DNA of 49,372 nt, from the IMG/VR virus record IMGVR_UViG_3300020042_005640, positions 1 to 49,372 of that record; one strand, given 5' to 3'. Positions within the stretch are counted from its first letter, which is position 1; every line of letters starts with the position of its first letter. Both the position numbers and the translations under genes were made by a program. Below the pieces are notes generated by a model. The model had not been told where the DNA came from and searched no databases. It worked only from the letters and a program-made list of their open reading frames with translations. This DNA is from a virus (Duplodnaviria > Caudoviricetes). This document shows, in pieces, positions 43,252 to 49,372 of this stretch.

Positions 43252-46200
43252 ATGAAGACAGAAAGAAAGCAGATAGCAGGAGTGATGAATCTTGATGACT
43301 CTAATGATGTTTTGCCAAGCGGTCATCATAAGGAGGCTAAGAACATAGTATTTAGAGGAAGTCAAGGTAGTCTTTCAGCTCAAAATATCTTGGGTAATAG
43401 GAATATCGCAACATCTTTACCTGGAGGAACAAATAGCTGTATAGGTTCTCATTATGACTCACAGAAACAGAGACTGTTCTACTTTAACTTTAACTCAAAT
43501 GGTAACCATGGTATATACATATATAATACTATACCAAAGACTATACAGGCTTTATTTATAAACAATACCCATAGCTCTACCGATGTTTTAGGCTTCAATA
43601 TAAACAACCCAATTACATCTATCAACATCATGTACAATGACGCATATAAGTCTTCATTGGACCTTGATGGAGATGTGCTCTATTGGATTGATTCACTTGG
43701 GCGACCATCAAAAATAAACATAGATAGGAAGCTAGCTGGAGTGTATGCCTCATACAAAAGATCTTATTTAGATGTAGCTAAGGCTCCTCCATCAATGCCA
43801 GTAAAGTCAGCTTATGAGTACGACAACAACGTAACCAACAACAACCTTAGAAACTCACTATTTCAGTTTATATATAGGTGGGTTTACGACGATGGAGAAA
43901 AGTCTGTGTGGAGTACTGGTAGCATGGTTCCTTTACCTTGGCTTCCATTCAATGAACCACTATCTAGGTTTCCTAACAGTAACTCTAGAATCAACATTTT
44001 CATGTCTACTGGAGATGAAACAGTAAAAAAGATAGAATTAGCTGTTAGAAAGTGTGCTGATGGAGTTACATCTGATTATGAGTTAATTACATCCTTAAAC
44101 AAGAAGGATAATAGTTTATCAATACCAAACAATAACGTATATAGTTATTTGTTTTATAACAATGCATCTCTAATCCCCATAGATAAAGCAGAGCAAATAG
44201 CCTTATTCGATTATGTACCACAGAAAGCAAATGCACAAGAGTTAGCAAATGGAAGCACTCTTGTATATGGGGGAATAACTGAAGGCTATGACAATGTTAG
44301 CAATGTAAATGCTACTCTTACATCGAACTCTACTACTCAAGATTTTATTGAAGTTCCTGGAGTTTTATTCTTTGCGCAACAGAATGGAGTAAGTAGCTAT
44401 GGAGGAATAAATTCAATTGACGTATTCCTTACGGGTATGGGGGCAAACGATGCAGGAACAAATGTTCCTGTTTCTATTCCAGCAGCAGGGTATGGAGATT
44501 ATTATGTAAAACTTAGAAATTCAGCAGGAACTTTATTTACAATATTTTACGATTCGACAACATCAGACAGTATTAATCAAATACTTATTGGACTAGAGGC
44601 AAGTGCTACGTCGCAAGGTTTTTCTGCATTAATTACAGGCAATAAGCTTAATATTTTTGATGCAACTGCGCTGAATTTAGAATCGGCATATATGACAAAC
44701 ACTTTATCTGCTGTACCTTTTGCAACGAATAGGAAAGACAATGCTTTGTATGTGCATCAAGGAAACTCAAATTATAGGTACGGTATTGTATATTACGATG
44801 AGAAGGGAAGAACAAATGGTGTTGTAACTTCAGAAGGATTGAAGATTACTACCCCCAAATGGACAGGAAGTACACTATATCCATTCGTTCAAATATCTAT
44901 ATCACATCAGCCTCCGACTTGGTCAACATACTACAATATTGTAAGGACTGATAACCTTACGTATGATAAAAATATATTTTGGGTATCAAACCGTGTATTC
45001 ACTAAGCTGACAACAAGGGCAACATCATCAACCGATTTCTCTATATCTTATATAGGTATAGATAACATGATACAATACAACGAAGACATTCAGTCTACTT
45101 CAGGGTATATTGGATATGACTTTGCTCCGGGAGATAGGATAAGGTTTACAGAAAGAGTTAGTGCAACGGGTTCTACTGTTGTACTAAGTGACAACTTGGA
45201 CTTTGAAATAATAGGAGTTGAGTCAAATCCAAACGTGAATGGATATGTTGCTAAAGGGACTTACGTAAAGATAAAATATCCAGCTACATCCTTAGATGCA
45301 AACTTTCAACTGTTAGAACCGGATCCTATTGTATACGCAGGTACTGGTACACTTGTTGAGGATTTCCAGAACTATAAGATACAAATATATAGCTATAAGA
45401 AACCATCTTCAGGTATTGATGTTTACTATGAGATAGGACAACAATATGCAGTATCTCAACCGGGCACATCTAACAGATATCATGTAGGGCAAAGCCAGTC
45501 ACAGACAGCGTCTGTTCCAGCGTTAGTATATCTTACAAGCGGAGACGAGTTCTTTAGGTATAGGAATATTCCTGTTGGAGCAAATTATACCTTTACCGCT
45601 GGTCAATATGGTCAAGGTGATAGCTTTGGTCCATATGCCGGCAGGTATAGAAATATAAACGTAAACATATTTGCTACGGATAATACTACTAAGACGATAT
45701 CTAACTCTATATATGAAATAAAGTCTCAAGTACTTGGAGGTAGTACAACAAGTTTAATTGCTACCGATTATCCTAATTACACAACTCCAGATTGTCTATA
45801 CAGGAATAAAAGCGGAGTAACCCAAACTGTAAGAGTAAAGGGCACTATCCCTATTTCTACTATAACATCAAATGCTAATTATATCGCTATACACGCAAAG
45901 GTTGTTTTAAATGCAACTACTGCAGCAATATATCCTGTTCTAAAAAGAGTTCCTGTAACAGAATCTAATAGGCAGTATGAATTTGAATTTGATGCTAAAA
46001 TACCTGTTGCTGCTGCTGCCAAATTATTTTTAATGACAGAGACGCATGATGATACTGGATTTAAGATTAATGTTGGCGCTTTTGAATTACAGCTTGATGT
46101 GGTAAATAATACACAAATAGCAATAATAGAGAAAAGTTTTAGTGATATAAATAAGATTGAAATAAATGCAAAGTCAAGACCTCTTGTGTTTGATGAAAAT

Positions 46201-47268
46201 GCTAAACAATCTTATTATCCTACATTGGTCAGGTTTGGGCTACAGAAAGAAGCAGGAACAGATGTAAATAACTCAAACAGGTTTAGCTCAACAAACATGG
46301 ATGAGTATGACAGGAGCAAGGGAGATATTATGAGATTTAAGGTTAGGGGAAGTAAGATGAAGGTATTCCAAAAGAGAGCCTGTGGTGTAGTTGGAGTTCT
46401 TGAGAATATGATATTTAATGCTGACGGAAGTAGTAACTTGATTCAAACAAGCAAACTGTTGAATCAAATAAACTACTACCAAGGTGAATATGGTATTGGT
46501 AATCTATCCACAAGTTTAACATCGTCTGCTCGTGCAGACTATTTCGTAGACCCAATAAGAGGATATCAACTAAGGTTAAGCGAGGACGGATTAACCCCAA
46601 TATCTAGTATATACAAAGCACAGTTTTATATAACAGATCTTGCTAATAAGTATATAAATAATATTGCAGGAACTCTTGGTGGATATGCTAAAGTACTTAG
46701 TGTATATGATTACTACGAAGAGGAATGTATAACGGTATTCCAAGGGTTTTCAGGACAGGCTAATACTACTCTTGGGTTTAATGAACTCAGAAACAGCTAT
46801 ACTTCATTCTATGACTACGCACCAGAGTGGATAACATCTACAGAAGGTTCTCTTGTATCATTTAAGAACGGACAGCTGTATGTGCACGATAGTACAACAT
46901 ATTGCAACTTCTACGGGACTCAGTACAAACCATCTATTAAGTTGGTTTTCAATGAGATGCAAAACATAAAGAAGAGATACAATACCATTAGCATGCTTTG
47001 TAATAAGAAGTGGATACCGGATACAAACGGGGATATAACTACTAACCTTGGGCAAAGCTCTAGTTTGCAGGATGCTGACTTCTTGTATAAAGACGACAAG
47101 CTTCATGCAGCATTCAAAAGGGATGCAAGTAGTACGGGTGGATTGTATAATGGTAATGTGCTGAAGGGTAACTGGGCACAGATAAACCTAAAGCCTGTTA
47201 ATGGAAATGAATTCGTAAATTTGTTTTATATAGAGCTAGGAATTTTAGAACCCTTTTATAATAGATAA
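43252..47268 (+). CDS. Tail stabilisation/muzzle protein (P22 gp10-like, crAss-type)
   Basis: 1338 aa; MNLD...LP...A.N, LYWID...P.KIN, YGIVYYDEKGR, YF.D..RG...RLS.DGLTPIS and SFKNG.LY.H motifs. Confidence 0.8.
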   Translation: MKTERKQIAGVMNLDDSNDVLPSGHHKEAKNIVFRGSQGSLSAQNILGNRNIATSLPGGTNSCIGSHYDSQKQRLFYFNFNSNGNHGIYIYNTIPKTIQALFINNTHSSTDVLGFNINNPITSINIMYNDAYKSSLDLDGDVLYWIDSLGRPSKINIDRKLAGVYASYKRSYLDVAKAPPSMPVKSAYEYDNNVTNNNLRNSLFQFIYRWVYDDGEKSVWSTGSMVPLPWLPFNEPLSRFPNSNSRINIFMSTGDETVKKIELAVRKCADGVTSDYELITSLNKKDNSLSIPNNNVYSYLFYNNASLIPIDKAEQIALFDYVPQKANAQELANGSTLVYGGITEGYDNVSNVNATLTSNSTTQDFIEVPGVLFFAQQNGVSSYGGINSIDVFLTGMGANDAGTNVPVSIPAAGYGDYYVKLRNSAGTLFTIFYDSTTSDSINQILIGLEASATSQGFSALITGNKLNIFDATALNLESAYMTNTLSAVPFATNRKDNALYVHQGNSNYRYGIVYYDEKGRTNGVVTSEGLKITTPKWTGSTLYPFVQISISHQPPTWSTYYNIVRTDNLTYDKNIFWVSNRVFTKLTTRATSSTDFSISYIGIDNMIQYNEDIQSTSGYIGYDFAPGDRIRFTERVSATGSTVVLSDNLDFEIIGVESNPNVNGYVAKGTYVKIKYPATSLDANFQLLEPDPIVYAGTGTLVEDFQNYKIQIYSYKKPSSGIDVYYEIGQQYAVSQPGTSNRYHVGQSQSQTASVPALVYLTSGDEFFRYRNIPVGANYTFTAGQYGQGDSFGPYAGRYRNINVNIFATDNTTKTISNSIYEIKSQVLGGSTTSLIATDYPNYTTPDCLYRNKSGVTQTVRVKGTIPISTITSNANYIAIHAKVVLNATTAAIYPVLKRVPVTESNRQYEFEFDAKIPVAAAAKLFLMTETHDDTGFKINVGAFELQLDVVNNTQIAIIEKSFSDINKIEINAKSRPLVFDENAKQSYYPTLVRFGLQKEAGTDVNNSNRFSSTNMDEYDRSKGDIMRFKVRGSKMKVFQKRACGVVGVLENMIFNADGSSNLIQTSKLLNQINYYQGEYGIGNLSTSLTSSARADYFVDPIRGYQLRLSEDGLTPISSIYKAQFYITDLANKYINNIAGTLGGYAKVLSVYDYYEEECITVFQGFSGQANTTLGFNELRNSYTSFYDYAPEWITSTEGSLVSFKNGQLYVHDSTTYCNFYGTQYKPSIKLVFNEMQNIKKRYNTISMLCNKKWIPDTNGDITTNLGQSSSLQDADFLYKDDKLHAAFKRDASSTGGLYNGNVLKGNWAQINLKPVNGNEFVNLFYIELGILEPFYNR

Positions 47269-47270
47269 TT

Positions 47271-47891
47271 ATGGCAAAGAAGAAATTTTTTGATACAGGA
47301 CTTGGTAAGGCTACTGCACTTGTAGGAGGAGGAGGTGTGGGAGGGTTATTTCTGTTGGGTAGAAATATAGCTAAAAAATATAAAGAGGCAAATACCGGTA
47401 TTAAGCAGCAGATTACAAATCTTGAAAATCAGCAGGTTGACCAAGGGATAGTAAAAGCTGACCAAGAGGCTCAGATGATGAAGAACCAAGGTTTGTCATC
47501 TTCTGCACTAGGTCTATTTAAGCAGCAGTCTGACCGTTCTCAGAGTGCAGCATTCTCTCAATTAGGAGGAAGAAGGTCTGCATTAGCTGGAGCCGCATCT
47601 ATAATGGATGCTGCTAATACAGCTGGATTAAAACTTGCTGATCTTGAAGATGAGGCAAGACAGAGAAATATGATGGCAGCAAGGTCTTCAGCCATGGGAC
47701 TTGGACAGCAGAAAATGGGTCTTCAGAAGTATAAGCAAGAAGGATTATTTAACTATTACATGGGCAGAAAGCAAGCATTAAATACACAAATGTCTAATTT
47801 AGCTAAAGGAGCACTGAGGGTGGGAGCCGCTGTAGCTACTGGCGGAGCATCTGAAGCTATTGGAGGATTTGTTAAAGGAAAAGGGCAATAA
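47271..47891 (+). CDS. Internal virion/ejection protein
   Basis: Gly/Ala-rich ends, coiled-coil core; follows the muzzle gene. Confidence 0.55.
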   Translation: MAKKKFFDTGLGKATALVGGGGVGGLFLLGRNIAKKYKEANTGIKQQITNLENQQVDQGIVKADQEAQMMKNQGLSSSALGLFKQQSDRSQSAAFSQLGGRRSALAGAASIMDAANTAGLKLADLEDEARQRNMMAARSSAMGLGQQKMGLQKYKQEGLFNYYMGRKQALNTQMSNLAKGALRVGAAVATGGASEAIGGFVKGKGQ

Positions 47892-47900
47892 AATAATTAC

Positions 47901-49208
47901 ATGGCATACGAGTATAACTTATCACCAATCGACATTGATGGAGCAATCAAAGCTGTCCAAGATAATGCATTTAGGCAAGAACAGCTTAGGCTGAAGTACG
48001 AAGAATCTATGAATAAATCCATAGACGACCAGCAAAAACTCTACAATGGAAAAGTTAGAAAACAAGATGTAGCTGAGTTTGACGGTAAGTTTGCTGCATA
48101 TGCTGAAGCTCAAAAGAGATATCAATCATTAAATAGAAGGGGTGGAAGAGGGAGTGACTTAACAGCTGCAAAGGTTTTAGCTGATGAATCAAAGGCAGAT
48201 ATGATGTCTTATATAGGAGAATCTACTAGCCTTGGACAGACGCAAATAGCTATTGGAAAAATGTTTAAAGACCCGACAAAGGTTCTTAATACAAGCAAAT
48301 ACACAGAGGTTTATACTGACTTTGGAATGAGTGTAGGCGAGCTTAAGCAAAAATATGGGGACCTTAGTAAGATACCTACAAACTTTGAGTATGAAAAGGA
48401 AGACTTTAGTAATGATGACTTAAAGGATTTGTCAGGTGTAATCAAATCAATTAATCCAGTAAGCGCTCAAAGTAGTCTCAGCAGACCTATACCTGTAATT
48501 GACCCAAATACAGGTCAGCAAAAGCTATCCAAGAAAAGTATTACTTTAATGGGGAAAAGTATGACTGTAGATGTTCCCATAAACTTAATAAAAGCTGGCG
48601 CAGACCCAATTACAACACTAAATGCTGTTATAACATCTTCCAAAATTCAAAAGAATGATGACTATATGAAGGTCTTAAAAAGAGACCTTTATAAAAGCGC
48701 GGAAGACCCATCAAATCCACAGGTTCAAAAAGAAGCTCAAGATGCGATTAAAAGGACTATGGAGATATACGGTATAACAGATAAGGCTAATGTCACTCCA
48801 TATCATCTATTTGCATCAAATTATGTTGACCAAGCTAGGATGGGTGATGTAGAGATTGAGGATTGGAATAAATTAGGAGACATTGCAGGAATGTTCCAAA
48901 AAGCAAATGGAATAAAGCTAAAGGATGCACAGCTCTTGAAGTTGAAAAAGGAAATAAATGAGGTAAAATCTGGCGATGGAATGAAAACGCTTAACCAGCT
49001 TTTAACTATTTTCACAAAGGCTGCAGCAACGGGGTTAACAAATGTTGACGAGTGGGCAACCAGATTTGAAACCCTATTTAGGGAACAAGGCTACCCTATG
49101 ACTAAGGAGACTATTTTAAAGGCAGGCGCAGGAACATTTCAACAGAGACTAAAATTAATAAATCTACTATTCCCTAGCGGACCGATTCCGGGAGCTGATG
49201 AAAGATAA
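47901..49208 (+). CDS. Putative internal virion/ejection protein
   Basis: Helical protein positioned in the cargo module. Confidence 0.5.
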   Translation: MAYEYNLSPIDIDGAIKAVQDNAFRQEQLRLKYEESMNKSIDDQQKLYNGKVRKQDVAEFDGKFAAYAEAQKRYQSLNRRGGRGSDLTAAKVLADESKADMMSYIGESTSLGQTQIAIGKMFKDPTKVLNTSKYTEVYTDFGMSVGELKQKYGDLSKIPTNFEYEKEDFSNDDLKDLSGVIKSINPVSAQSSLSRPIPVIDPNTGQQKLSKKSITLMGKSMTVDVPINLIKAGADPITTLNAVITSSKIQKNDDYMKVLKRDLYKSAEDPSNPQVQKEAQDAIKRTMEIYGITDKANVTPYHLFASNYVDQARMGDVEIEDWNKLGDIAGMFQKANGIKLKDAQLLKLKKEINEVKSGDGMKTLNQLLTIFTKAAATGLTNVDEWATRFETLFREQGYPMTKETILKAGAGTFQQRLKLINLLFPSGPIPGADER

Positions 49209-49239
49209 TAAATACGGCTATATATCTTAACTTTGGGGC

Positions 49240-49371
49240 ATGTCATTAAGCAAGAAACCAACAGATGATAAAAAACCCATTTCAAGCTCAAAGCTTTTTG
49301 GGTTGCTCACTCCGGGTAAGAAACCTTCTATAGAAGCAAAGACTCCTACACTACAGAATATTAGCGTAACA
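49240..49371 (+). CDS. Start of a further gene, truncated by the window end
   Basis: ATG 4 nt after TAACTTTG; frame is open to the end of the window. Confidence 0.55.
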   Translation, partial: MSLSKKPTDDKKPISSSKLFGLLTPGKKPSIEAKTPTLQNISVT

Positions 49372-49372
49372 G

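Noticed and set aside
1001-49015. Many short opposite-strand or nested ORFs in the track (e.g. 1001..1210, 8020..8256, 20474..20896, 30996..31430, 35307..35642, 39781..40095)
   Set aside because: They are shadows of well-supported genes, with no motifs or initiation context.
1-49372. Stop-codon recoding as in some crAss-like phages
   Set aside because: Large genes are intact in code 11, TAG and TGA both serve as stops with tight gene junctions, and there is no suppressor tRNA.

Overview
This window is most of the genome of a dsDNA tailed phage. The host is probably a Bacteroidota, judging by many TAnnTTTG promoters, A-rich translation starts without Shine-Dalgarno sequences, and a VirE/BT4734-type primase. 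Layout: (i) 1-8014 (+): mosaic tail-fibre/LamG genes, small fibre-associated genes and a lysis module (spanin-like, holin, GH19 endolysin). (ii) 8011-28083 (-): an early/replication arm with a primase-helicase, SSB, RecE-like exonuclease plus Rad52/Sak-like annealer, two DnaA-domain-IV-like proteins, two short C5-methyltransferases, a dNMP kinase, two metallophosphoesterases, an M20/M28-type peptidase and many small hypotheticals. (iii) about 28.1-28.95 kb: a divergent control region. (iv) 28952-49372 (+): a RepL-like gene, small basic proteins, a GroES-like protein, terminase, portal, scaffold, major capsid and crAss/phi14:2-like podoviral tail and ejection genes. No DNA polymerase, RNA polymerase, integrase, canonical tRNA or CRISPR array is visible. 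The most striking unexplained signals are non-coding and on the minus strand. They are a ~690-nt, deeply nested structured RNA candidate (27600-26917, GOLLD/ROOL size class); two co-varying tRNA-elbow-like minihelices; a promoter-driven kissing-loop element followed by an H-type pseudoknot (17870-17540); a boxA-containing structured leader; and an inverted DnaA-box pair upstream of a DnaA-domain-IV gene. All protein calls come from recognising motifs by eye; no database searches or folding programs were run.
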